From Macrostomum lignano (taxonomy: Eukaryota), in contig NIVC01002515.1 in NCBI GenBank assembly GCA_002269645.1, positions 101,479 through 165,478 on the forward strand: a stretch of 64,000 nucleotides of DNA, read 5' to 3'. Made by a program: the position numbers and the translations under genes. Below are positions 37,991-49,607 of the stretch, one piece after another. The notes below the pieces were generated by a model that worked only from the letters and a program-made list of their open reading frames with translations, was not told the DNA's origin and made no database searches. Each line of letters begins with the position of its first letter. The stretch's first letter is position 1.

Positions 37991-38335
37991 TCACTTTTTG
38001 AAATAACTGGCGATGGTAGACTTGGTCGCCTTCTCCTCCAACTTTCTCTTTTTCTCTTTGAGGCCCTCAGTCTCCTTCTCCAGTGTCTTGCGCTCAATCG
38101 CTAGGGCAGCTACCTGTCGCTGATATTCGTCAAGCATTGCGGCAGCTCTGTCCGCTTGTGCATCTACCTCCAGTCTCCTCTTCCGTATGCTCTCCTCCTA
38201 TGCTTGCAACTGTGCAGAGTGTGTTGCCTTCTTAATTTCCTGTGCAATTTCTACTGCCAACTCTCTCTCCTTTGCCAACTTCTTCTGCTTCTCCTCATTC
38301 TCCTCCCGCTGCCGCTCCAGGTGCTGCTTCCAGCT
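37991..38335 (-). pseudogene. Coiled-coil protein C-terminal fragment with an internal TAG (38200-38198)
   Basis: SWKQHLERQREENEEKQKKLAKERE...QA*EESIRKRRLE...KEKKRKLEEKATKSTIASYFKK*; codon-like purine bias. Possibly a transposase tail or captured host fragment. Confidence 0.55.
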
Positions 38336-38344
38336 GCTAAAAAC

Positions 38345-38950
38345 CATTTTAGCAGCCGACTTCATAAGCTCGAAATTTCACATCCTCGAAACACTATACT
38401 AGCCTAACCCTAGCCAATCCTAACCCAAACCAAAGACTAAAAGTGAATTCGGCTGCTAAAACTTTTGAGGATGTGAAATTTCGAGCTTTTGAAGCATACA
38501 TGCGCAACAGTCGGCCGAGTCGGCCGATCCGGCCGACCGATTTGGCGGCCAATCAAGGAAGTTGCAAAAATGCCCACCCAAAAAATAACCTGAAGAGTAG
38601 TACTAAGTAGCTGACGAGGCATTTTAGCTTAATAAAACAGTCATAGTTACTCCTGCCGTTTACCCAAAGTTGCGTTAATTTTGCTTTCGGGTTTTTTTAT
38701 ATGTAAGTCGCATTTTTGGCCAAAAACTACGTCGCATTTTTGTTAAAACTAAGTCGCACGGCTGACCGAGTTTTGGAGGTTGCACATGTATGTTTTGAAG
38801 TCGGCTGCTAAAATGGTTTTCGAGGATGTGAAGATTCGAGCTTATGAAGTTGGCTGCTAAAATGGTCTTCGAGGTTGTGAATTTTTGAGCCTATGAAGTT
38901 TCCGATTTATGAAAGGATGTGCTTTTCGAGGTTGTGAAATTTTGAGCTTG
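38345..38950. repeat. Dispersed direct and inverted about 45-bp repeats (GAAGTCGGCTGCTAAAA...GAGGATGTGAAATTTCGAGCTT) with a CCTAACCC motif; probable nested element
   Basis: Copies at about 38345 (inverted), 38445, 38797 and 38845. Confidence 0.55.
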
Positions 38951-41900
38951 TGAAGCGACCCCAAATGCAGGAAGTAGTTTTCTTTGTATTTTTCAAACAA
39001 TGGATTTTAAGATAAACAAAGCTGATGCAACAAACATAAAACGTGGGATTTTAGATAATACAACAGCAAAAAGGACCACTTAAGTCACCAACAAAACAGT
39101 TAGCAAGTAAAAACGCAGAATGAAAAAAACGCAGAAAAAAACGCACAAACGCAGATTTTTCAAAGAAAAAACGCAGCTGCGTTAAAAATGCAGCCTGTAG
39201 CAACACTGAAAATGATAGACATACCTAAACATAATTTTTGAAAGTAGAAAAAAATGCAGAAGAAAAAAATATCATTTTATAAATATCATAGGGCCTATCA
39301 TATAAAAATTTAATAGGGCCTTTAAAGGAATAAAAGTTTTAAAAAACTTTTTTAATTTGATTTCATCTGCAAAACTAATCATAGATCAGTTTTTTATATG
39401 CAAAAAATTACAAGCCAACAAAAAATTTATTGACAAAATTTTGTATAACTTTTTTATTTTTCAAAAGAATTTTCAAAGGTGAAATGTCTTTTTAGGACTA
39501 CTCATATAAACAAAACAAGATGTATTGTATTGCATTAGAAATTAGAATTTAGAAATTTAGAAGTTTTTAAAATATCAATAGAGTCTTTTAGTTTTATAAC
39601 TACCTGTTTCTGTTTCCTTGCTATGCAATTTTGCATTCATCTTGTTTCTATGACTGTAATGATCATTTTTCTAGTCTTCAAAGTTCTTAGTCGTTGTTTT
39701 GAGGACTGAGAAATGATTTAGATTTTAGGGCTAAAATGGCTCAAAAAATAAAACAATACCATAGATAGTTGAGCAGTCTATAGAAAAGAAAAGCCTTATA
39801 TTAAGGAATATATTAAATAGGTTTAAAAGGTATAGGTAAATGGTTAGACTTAACACATTTGGATTTTTTAGTGCTAGACTCTTTCAATATCCACTAGGCC
39901 TACCTAGACATGTTCTTTCATGTAGCCCTTTGGTTTTTAGGCCTAATGTAGGTCTTAAACTAGCCAGTGGGATATTAAATTACAGAAAAGTTCAATGTTC
40001 ACTTTATCTATGATATTCTGTCTGTCATGTTTTAACTAACAGTAGGGCCTACACGGTAAATAGCTTAGCTAGGCGGCCTAGGCCTAAAGCTCGGCTTTTC
40101 TCCCTAGCTTAAATCTACGACATGTAGAGGGTAGGTTTCAGCCATGGTTTTGACAAAAGCACACAGCTCGAGCGTCGGCTGCGTCGAGCTCGACTAGCCG
40201 ACAAAGGATGAGGAGTTAGAGTTCCTCTCAGCTCAGTCTCGGGCATTTGCTAAAATGTGGCCTTTTCAAAGAAATTTCAAAGAAATTTTTAGTAGCAAAT
40301 TTACAAAGCAATTCAAACAAAAAAGAGTATCAAAATGTTCTCCTCAAGGCTCTCTGAATTAGGGGGCACATATATATTTTTATAAATAAATTTTTTCATA
40401 ATATATATTTTTATTCCTATTGGCAAGATATATTACATGTCTTTGAGAGTGACATGTATTGGTGTTTGACAATCCGGTACGTTCTCATCAATGAGCGATT
40501 TGCCTTAATTGATGGGTTTAGGCCTTTTCGGCTTCTTGTACGAAAGCCTTCGGGCCTCAGGTCTCAGAAATAAATCAATTAGAGTCCTGGCCCCCACTCC
40601 TGTCAGATAATCACCCCCGAGGTAGCTTGATCTGTGACGAGCAGTCTAGGTCCTATAGCTAAGAGAGGGACAGCGAGAGACAAGCAGGGAGAATATTGCA
40701 GGTAAAGATCAGTTAATCCGCAGATTAACTAACCCGCTGCCACCAGCCCGTGCGTTCTGGCTCACCAAACCGGAACTTTCGAAATCGGGCTTCCGACTAA
40801 GGGGCTTAGCGCTTACCTGCCAACTATAGTGTCTTTTTGCTGTCATTCTCGAAGTCATAGCCGATGATTGGTCATGCAGGTACAGGAGGGACTTGTGCAG
40901 GGGATCCTTGCGGTGGCGAGACTATGGGGTAGCTACATGTACTATTACATTGCTAAATACGAGGAATTTTGTACATGTACATGTACTTTTGGCCTTCAAC
41001 GTGCCAGCCAGCCTCTCGTAGCGCTGATGATAGACTAACTCGAACCTCAGAGACCGCATGATTCATTACCCGAGCCGTTTGGCGAATCTAGAGTGCACAT
41101 GGGTACATCTGTAGCTACTCATCTGAGCCATCGGCGAACAAAGAAATAAAAAAAGATAAAAAAACTATCGATTTAACCTTCCCACTGAATCACTTCACAC
41201 TTCAGATTGAATTGGAGTAATTAACCAGACTACTACAGTATTATTGAATGATTTCGGCCTCAATCACAGCACTACTGAACAAAATGAGCAAAAGTGTGCG
41301 CCTAATCCAGCTACTGAAATAGGGGACAGATAAGGGATCACCAATCAAGCAAGTCTAGGTAGCCTCTCACCCAACCAATCAGAAACTCAACAGCCGGAGA
41401 CCAGGTAATCCACAGTGAACGAATCGGCTTAGTGCTTCGCAGCTGTAGGCCTGGGATGATGATGTCACAGTCTTCGCAGATAGTTAGCAGGTGACGATCT
41501 TAACCTCGATAATCGATGCCGTCGACCGGGGACATTCGTCCTTGGTGATGAGGGGGGGGGGGTTGTCGCGATCCGGGGATCAAGAGACGACGGGCGGCCG
41601 GTCGAGTCCCGGGAGCCAGAAGTTGTGTGCTGGGTCCGAGGAGGTTGAGTCCGAGCGGGCTAAAAACATCGGTTTGTATAGCCGCCAACTGGACTGCAAT
41701 TTGTTATAATGAAACACCTCGACGCATGATTGGCTGAGCCGATTTGTTATAACTGACGTCGAATTTTCTGATTGGCTGAGCTTGTTGCCACCCAAACTCA
41801 CGTGACCAGAAGATCCTATCAGTTCCCTCGGGGCCATAAAAATACGCCAGGTGCTGTCATAAATCACTCAAAATCGCTACATTATGATTTATGACCTTAC

Positions 41901-43392
41901 GCGTAGGAATTATAAATATTAATGAAAAATATGCATTAGAAAGATCTCATTAAATAGAAAGTGAAGATGGTGAAGAGAAATCGATAATCGCTTATCCCAA
42001 AGTACTTTTAGGGGTAAAGCGCATACGCATAGCTGTCAAATCTGTTAAACGCTTGAGTGAACACGAGCAATGGGCCCTGACCTCATAAATCTTGATGGCC
42101 TGTAAAAAATGATGAGAAAAAAGCTACCGCCCGCATCCTCTCAGACCATCTGGCGCCAGCCTCAACACTGAGTGAGGCCCAGGTTGCTGTCAGACCAGCT
42201 CACAAGCAATGATTTATGACCCCAAAAGTAGCGAAAACCGTGCCTATGTTATAATGACTACAGGTATGGCAAAATGATATGGCTACAAAGATCCTATTAG
42301 TATGAATTCAAGGAAAATTACATAAAAAGAAGAAAAATGCCCATAGCCTACTGTTAGTAGGCTAACAAGCTTAGCACCCATGTGCGAGACGTGGAATTTG
42401 GAAAAAAGTGCGTCCTCATCATAATGTAAAATGCTGATCGCAAATCTGATCTTAGAAAACGTTTTTCCACATTTTGCTTGACAGCACCATTCTGTATCTA
42501 ACTGCATTAGCACTTTGGCACCATAACGATGACGTCCAGCACGGATAATTCATCAGAAATGTTGTTCGTTCATCTTCAGATTCATCTGGATGGGGTTGCT
42601 GATTACCAATCTCACAATCTCGTCCTCTGGGCTGGTAAATGTCAGTAGACGCGTTTTTTGTGTTGACAAAAGCACAGTGACTATCCATTATTTGGGAATA
42701 GCTAGTATAGTACGTCTCGGACTCGATCACCCGCTGCCTGGCGGTCTCACCTACATGTACATATAGATGAGATAATTATAATTCTTACATATGGGTTTAG
42801 ATAACAATAATAATTATTTTCATCTTACTAATTAAGCTAGATCATCAATTAAAGGTAAAGACTAGTTTTCAAGACGTGGTTTGGAAGTGCATACAAATAA
42901 AACTACAAAGAGAAGAACTTTAAAACAAGAGTAAAATTTCACTGGAATGGTGTTTTAGTATATTTCACTGATTTCCCAGTTATCTGGTTTTTAATAAAAT
43001 GCTGAACTATAATTTTGCTATAAGTTTCTAATTAAAGTAGCTTTCAATTTTAAATTTTCTCAGGACACCAGCCTCCAGCTTAATTTGCTGCGGCCTCTCA
43101 CTGCCCAATCATTGCACTCGAAGGTCTTCATGGAATATTCCCACTCGATCGAGCACGGACCGGAGTCAGAAAAATAGTTGTAGAAAAAGTTGTAGTTTTC
43201 ACCCGGATGTTCATCAATAAAGAATTGTCCGAAATTCGACCTGCTCACGTTCAACGGTCCCACAGATCCATATCGAGCCTGTGCTTGTCGCCCGACGAGT
43301 CTACAGAGAAACCGAACATTCTCAAGTTGCCATTCAAGTCGCTAAACTCCCAAACGAAATCCCATCCAGAAGTCGAAACTCTCGCCCTGACC

Positions 43393-44735
43393 GAGAGCAC
43401 CAAGACAGTCGGGAAGAAACGCCTCACTCACCGAGAGCACCAAGACAGTCGGGAAGAAACGCCTCAATCACCCAGAGCACCAAGACAGTCGGGAAGAAAC
43501 GCCTCACTCACCCAGAGCACCAAGACAGTCGGGAAGAAACGCCTCAATCACCCAGAGCACCAAGACAGTCGGGAAGAAACGCCTCACTCACCCAGAGCAC
43601 CAAGACAGTCGGGAAGAAACGCCTCAATCACCCAGAGCACCAAGACAGTCGGGAAGAAACGCCTCAATCACCCAGAGCACCAAGACAGTCGGGAAGAAAC
43701 GCCTCACTCACCGAGAGCACCAAGACAGTCGGGAAGAAACGCCTCAATCACTCAGAGCACCAAGACAGTCGGGAAGAAACGCCTCACTCACCCAGAGCAC
43801 CAAGACAGTCGGGAAGAAACGCCTCACTCACCGAGAGCACCAAGACAGTCGGGAAGAAACGCCTCACTCACCCAGAGCACCAAGACAGTCGGGAAGAAAC
43901 GCCTCACTCACCCAGAGCACCAAGACAGTCGGGAAGAAACGCCTCACTCACCGAGAGCACCAAGACAGTCGGGAAGAAACGCCTCACTCACCCAGAGCAC
44001 CAAGACAGTCGGGAAGAAACGCCTCAATCACCCAGAGCACCAAGACAGTCGGGAAGAAACGCCTCACTCACCCAGAGCACCAAGACAGTCGGGAAGAAAC
44101 GCCTCACTCACCCAGAGCACCAAGACAGTCGGGAAGAAACGCCTCAATCACCCAGAGCACCAAGACAGTCGGGAAGAAACGGCTCAATCACCCAGAGCAC
44201 CAAGACAGTCGGGAAGAAACGCCTCACTCACCCAGAGCACCAAGACAGTCGGGAAGAAACGCCTCACTCACCCAGAGCACCAAGACAGTCGGGAAGAAAC
44301 GCCTCAATCACCCAGAGCACCAAGACAGTCGGGAAGAAACGTCTCACTCACCCAGAGCACCAAGATAGTCGGGAAGAAACGCCTCAATCACCCAGAGCAC
44401 CAAGACAGTCGGGAAGAAACGCCTCAATCACTCAGAGCACCAAGACAGTCGGGAAGAAACGCCTCAATCACTCAGAGCACCAAGACAGTCGGGAAGAAAC
44501 GCCTCACTCACCCAGAGCACCAAGACAGTCGGGAAGAAACGCCTCAATCACCCAGAGCACCAAGACAGTCGGGAAGAAACGCCTCAATCACCCAGAGCAC
44601 CAAGACAGTCGGGAAGAAACGTCTCACTCACCCAGAGCACCAAGATAGTCGGGAAGAAACGCCTCAATCACCCAGAGCACCAAGACAGTCGGGAAGAAAC
44701 GCCTCAATCACCCAGAGCACCAAGATAGTCGGGAC
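43393..44735. repeat. 40-bp minisatellite (CAAGACAGTCGGGAAGAAACGCCTCACTCACCCAGAGCAC)n
   Basis: Period 40 (43441, 43481); about 33 units. Confidence 0.97.
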
Positions 44736-45322
44736 AGTCTCAAGCTCTATAGGTTGATTAGGCTTTTAGAGCTTGAGCACCAAGCGAAAGCTTTAGTTTC
44801 AAGGTACAAGTTGAAATTGCGGATACATTGACTTTGGATCCGAAGTGGCTACAGGACAATGACAAGTCCTGTAGCAGGTTTCAACATTTCAGATTGAATG
44901 TCTGCGTTGAACGAGGCGTGACGCTCTTGACAGCTTCATGCTTTATTGCTCAGTGCTAGCACGCGATCTGTCTCATGAGCATGCGTTTGACTGCTTGTCG
45001 ATTCAGCACGCCAGACAGTATAGCATCACTAATGGTCTTTTTGGAAGTTTTTCGCTTCGCTGAACCTAAACGATCCACGAGATTTAAACTGTTTTCATTC
45101 AATAGATAATTCAACGAAAGCAACTTGACTCACTGAAAAGTGCATAAAAGGCCTGGCAATAGGAATAGAAAAGTGAAATAGTTTTTCATTGCGGTTGACA
45201 CATGCGTATCTAAACTTCTGCGCTTTCAATTGCTACAAGAGTCCTGTCAGTCTTGAGTAGTTAATTTCGGAATCAGCCGTAGTCAGTGACATTTAAGCGC
45301 AGATTAAATCTGTGAACAGAAA

Positions 45323-45550
45323 AGTCAGTCAGTCAGTCAGTCAGTCAGTCAGTCAGTCAGTCAGTCAGTCAGTCAGTCAGTCAGTCAGTCAGTCAGTCAG
45401 TCAGTCAGTCAGTCAGTCAGTCAGTCAGTCAGTCAGTCAGTCAGTCAGTCAGTCAGTCAGTCAGTCAGTCAGTCAGTCAGTCAGTCAGTCAGTCAGTCAG
45501 TCAGTCAGTCAGTCAGTCAGTCAGTCAGTCAGTCAGTCAGTCAGTCAGTC
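45323..45550. repeat. (AGTC)n microsatellite
   Basis: About 57 pure units. Confidence 0.98.
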
Positions 45551-45634
45551 ACAACTCTTCTCTAAAATCAAGCCAGGGACAACTAAAAGGTTGACAGGTC
45601 TTCAGGGTTTTAGTTGTCCCTGGATCAAACCCAC

Positions 45635-46870
45635 TGTAGCTATATATTATATGAAAACGGCGAGTATACAAAACCGAAGCATTTTAGCTGATTTCTGCTA
45701 AATATAAAACTAGCTATAGTATATTGTAAGTCACACTCTACAGGCACACTGCTGTGGTATTGATCTGCATCAATCTGAATAATATAGGCTACAGATATGC
45801 ACACATAGTTAAATGAGATCGGTAAAACCAAAATCTTCTAGACACTTCTATATTAAAGTATTAAATGTTTACATTGTAATTATAACCTTGTGCATGGTCA
45901 ATACGTACATTTGAAGAACTCTGTGCTTTAGTGGTAACGACATACGAAACCAAAATATTATGGTACAGCTAGAACTATAAATGTGCGTTAGTCTCCAGCT
46001 AGCAAATGTTCTGCCTTTTGCCTGTTTATTAACTCATATTTTGGAATGGCTGCTACGAGTCAGACGCGGTGTCATTTGGCATGCAACAGAAGGTAGCTAA
46101 AACACAGGCTATAGGAACGGAAGGGCTGCATGCTGCACCCGGGATAATGCTGGGAGTCTTTCAGGCTGCCCGGGCGTTTTGAAGTGTACACAGGCTAAAA
46201 TTTTCTTTACCAACCACTCATTTTTTTGCTCTATCCTCATCTCAGCCATCTTTCTCCTGCCGTTTGTCCCTTTAAGACTCAGCCTTAGTCCTTCAGGACC
46301 GTTGCCTAGGCGCCAGAAACAAGTGCGGAAAGCCGGTGCGTTATTTCTCAATGCCGCGCGTGTGGATGGATCTCAGACTGAGGGGGGGGGGGGCTCAGAG
46401 CCGGCTCCTCTCTGTACAGAAGAGTGAACAGTAGATGTAGCTCGTATACGACTGGCGGGAGATGAGGTGTCTTGCCTGCCTAGGAAAAAAACCAGGAAAG
46501 TCTCTCGGAGAAACGCCACTATATAGCCCCGCACTTTTAACCCTGAGTAGACCGCGTATCTTCGAAATGATAACAATCAGGAACAGGCTTAAATGCTAAT
46601 TATTTATTCGACATTTATCGACGTCGCTGTACGAATGGGTAGATTTACAAAATATCGACGTTCAGCCGACGTACGACGTCATTATCTCCCGACGTAACGT
46701 AGAAAAACCCCCATTTGACAACGGTATCCATCATTTCGTCGACACGTTGAAATGTTGCTCGGGAATACGTGTAATTCAGATATCAATTTTTACGCTGATG
46801 GCAGCAACAAACGCAATAAATATGCTCGTACATTCCATTGAGTGCCTTTTATTTTCAGTCGAAATCTTTG
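45635..46870 (+). repeat. Diverged direct repeat, copy A (homologous to about 49608-50980)
   Basis: Shared blocks include TTTTGGAATGGCTGCTACGAGTCAGACGC, CTCTATCCTCATCTCAGCCATCTTTCTCCTGCCGTTTGT, ACAATCAGGAACAGGCTTAAATGC and ATATCAATTTTTACGCTGATGGCAGCAAC. Confidence 0.88.
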
Positions 46871-47062
46871 ATAAATCGGTCAGGAAAACTTCAAGGCACA
46901 AAATACAACATCTAATACAATGACAAATTAAGTATGAATTTCAGCGTACTGCTTTTATGAGGCAAAGAAAGTGAGAAAAGTGGAATACCAATAGAAGTAT
47001 ATATTTGAGTTCAGGGATCATCAAAATATCAAGAATTAACGCGCAGCGTATTGGCACAAGCA

Positions 47063-48298
47063 TCACCAACGGTCTCTGCTGTGGACTACTAGAGAGTAGA
47101 TGTCAAGCCACATGACCGGGTCAATGTACCTCTCTGGCAGCTGTCTAGCCAACGTGTTGTGCTCACAGTTCCTCTCGCCAGGCGCTAGGTAGTAGTGAGC
47201 ATTGTGCTTCACCAGACTGCTGATGCGATAAATAGCGAACGCCTGAAAGCAGGAATCCACCTTGATCGGTATCTTGTTTTTCTCTACGGCCATTGCGTCA
47301 GTAACGAACGTTTTATCGTTGTCATCCACATTGGTGAACTTCTTCATTGAATAGTACGTCCTCGAGCATGGATCGTAGATCTTACCCCAAAGACGACCGT
47401 TGGCGCAGAGAAGATCGAGCTGAGGCCTCGTGCTGAAGTAGTAGATCCCCTGGGCAATGTTGTCAAGATTCCACGGGTGCCAAGAGATGTCGGGCTCAAT
47501 GGCGATCATGAGGTCGGCCTTGTCAGCTAGATTGGCGTAGATGTAATCCAGAATCATGTTGCGCAGTATGCTCATTGTTACACCTCGGTCAACAATTTCT
47601 TCCTCGTTGCGCTTCTGAGCCCATCCCGGTTTGTGAATCTTACCGGAGCGGTACTTGATGTCGATGTGACATTCAGCGGGTGAGTTGATGGGCTCGCAAC
47701 CCAGAATGATGGTCTTGTTATACTGCTTGACCACGCCAATAAGGAACTCTCTTGTACCGTCTTTTGAGTCGTTCTCAACGAACACGATCCAGTAGTCCTT
47801 GAACAGTTTACCCAAGCGATGAATGTCTTTAATGTTCCTCGGCAGATGGTCTTTTGCATTTCTAGCGGTGCCAACAAAGACGGCAGTTTTCTCTTGCATC
47901 CACTGCTTGCCCATCTTAGTGCGGTACTTAACGTCGTTCTCAGCCTCCGAGAGTCGTAGCAACGGCAATCGTGTGTCTTTCTGAACCTGATAGAGAGACT
48001 TATTCTGATAACGATAGAATGCCTCGTAGCCGGCTTTGAAATCGTTGACAAACTTCTTCGCCGATTTAACGTCGGGACTTTTGCGGGTTTCCAAATTATC
48101 GATCTGTGATTTGACGGCTGAGTTCTCAAATTGGGAGTCACTCGAGACTGAGTGACTTCCTTCGAGATGGTTGGCGCAGTTGCACTGCTTGAGCGGTCGC
48201 GAGTAAAAGTTGATGAACATGAGCATCAGCAGCAGAGCGCCAAACATGGCCATCCGTCGCACACTCAGTATCCTTAGAATTAGACTACTGCTTGCCAT
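47063..48298 (-). CDS. Intronless type II membrane GT-A glycosyltransferase (CAP59/Cmt1-like or microbial GT2-related), 411 aa
   Basis: N-terminal TM (MAMFGALLLMLMFINFY); VFVGTARN...LP...I...F-DY-IVFVENDSKDGTREFL; LRN-ILDYI; IEPD; VDSCFQAFAIY; CEH. Confidence 0.8.
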   Translation of the reverse strand: MASSSLILRILSVRRMAMFGALLLMLMFINFYSRPLKQCNCANHLEGSHSVSSDSQFENSAVKSQIDNLETRKSPDVKSAKKFVNDFKAGYEAFYRYQNKSLYQVQKDTRLPLLRLSEAENDVKYRTKMGKQWMQEKTAVFVGTARNAKDHLPRNIKDIHRLGKLFKDYWIVFVENDSKDGTREFLIGVVKQYNKTIILGCEPINSPAECHIDIKYRSGKIHKPGWAQKRNEEEIVDRGVTMSILRNMILDYIYANLADKADLMIAIEPDISWHPWNLDNIAQGIYYFSTRPQLDLLCANGRLWGKIYDPCSRTYYSMKKFTNVDDNDKTFVTDAMAVEKNKIPIKVDSCFQAFAIYRISSLVKHNAHYYLAPGERNCEHNTLARQLPERYIDPVMWLDIYSLVVHSRDRW

Positions 48299-48842
48299 GG
48301 CGATGCAGTGTAGGTCAGAGTATTGAGGCTCGCGGTATTGTTCACAGATCTAAGAGCTGGCTTCTAATGGTTATGAATGGTCGTGTTCATATACGTAGCT
48401 GGCTGTTTATTCCAACCATTTCTAATTGGTCCGCGGACTTAATTCCATTTCTGTAGCTCAGCCTCCCATCCACTGCAACTAGATCGTGCTACGTACATTC
48501 TCTCTCTCTCTCCCTCTTTCTCACCCCAGAGGGGCATCCTAAAAGTTCGTGCAAACGATCGATTTATTACCCAGTTAGGCCCGGTCATAGACTAAGAAAA
48601 GCATTTATACCCCTTTTGGCCGCGCCGAATAAGTCTATGGTCCAATGTAAAAGATGTTTATTTGTTCCGGCCAAATAAACGATCCAAATAAATAAGACAA
48701 ACGAATGAGCCAACTAGAAAGTACTGTTTTTGACAATCTAAATGATAATTTGGATAGTCAAAACGAGAAACACTCTATAGCCAATGGCCGCCCTGTTGCT
48801 GCTGCAGCTCGCTCCGTGGACAGAGTCTGTAGACCATCTAAT

Positions 48843-49517
48843 CGTCAGTCAGTCAGTCAGTCAGTCAGTCACCCACTCACTCAAGTCAGACAGTCAGTCA
48901 GTCAGTCAGTCAGTCAGTCAGTCACCCACTCACTCAAGTCAGTCAGTCAGTCAGTCAGTCAGTCACCCACTCACTCAAGTCAGACAGTCAGTCAGTCAGT
49001 CAGTCACCCACTCACTCAAGTCAGACAGTCAGTCAGTCAGTCACCCGCCACTCACTCAAGTCAGTCAGTCACCCGCCACTCACTCAAGTCAGTCAGTCAG
49101 TCAGTCAGTCAGTCACCCACTCACTCAAGTCAGTCAGTCAGTCACCCACTCACTCAAGTCAGTCAGTCAGCCAGTCAGTCAGTCACCCACTCACTCAAGT
49201 CAGACAGTCAGTCAGTCAGTCAGTCAGTCACCCACTCACTCAAGTCAGACAGTCAGTCAGTCAGTCACCCGCCACTCACTCAAGTCAGTCAGTCAGTCAG
49301 TCACCCACTCACTCAAGTCAGTCAGTCAGTCACCCACTCACTCAAGTCAGACAGTCAGTAACCCACTCACTCAAGTCAGTCAGTCAGTCAGTCAGTCAGT
49401 CAGTCACCCACTCACTCAAGTCAGACAGTCAGTCAGTCAGTCAGTCACCCACTCACTCAAGTCAGTCAGTCAGTCACCCACTCACTCAAGTCAGTCAGTC
49501 AGTCAGTCAGTCAGTCA
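48843..49517. repeat. (AGTC)n microsatellite interspersed with ACCCACTCACTCAAGTC
   Basis: Direct reading. Confidence 0.95.
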
Positions 49518-49607
49518 GCAGGGCTGACCATTTTCTCTTTAAAAGTAAAATTTCTATAACCAGGGTTGGCAATTAAAAGTCGCATCTCTTCTATTAAAGC
49601 ATGTCTA

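Larger units (their letters stand above)
36154..39208. mobile_element. Non-autonomous hAT-type element, 3055 bp, with nested insertions
   Basis: Perfect 16-bp TIRs CAGTGTTGCTACAGGC (36154-36169, 39193-39208), perfect 8-bp TSD AAAATGAT on both sides, and subterminal AAACGCAG motifs. Confidence 0.9.
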
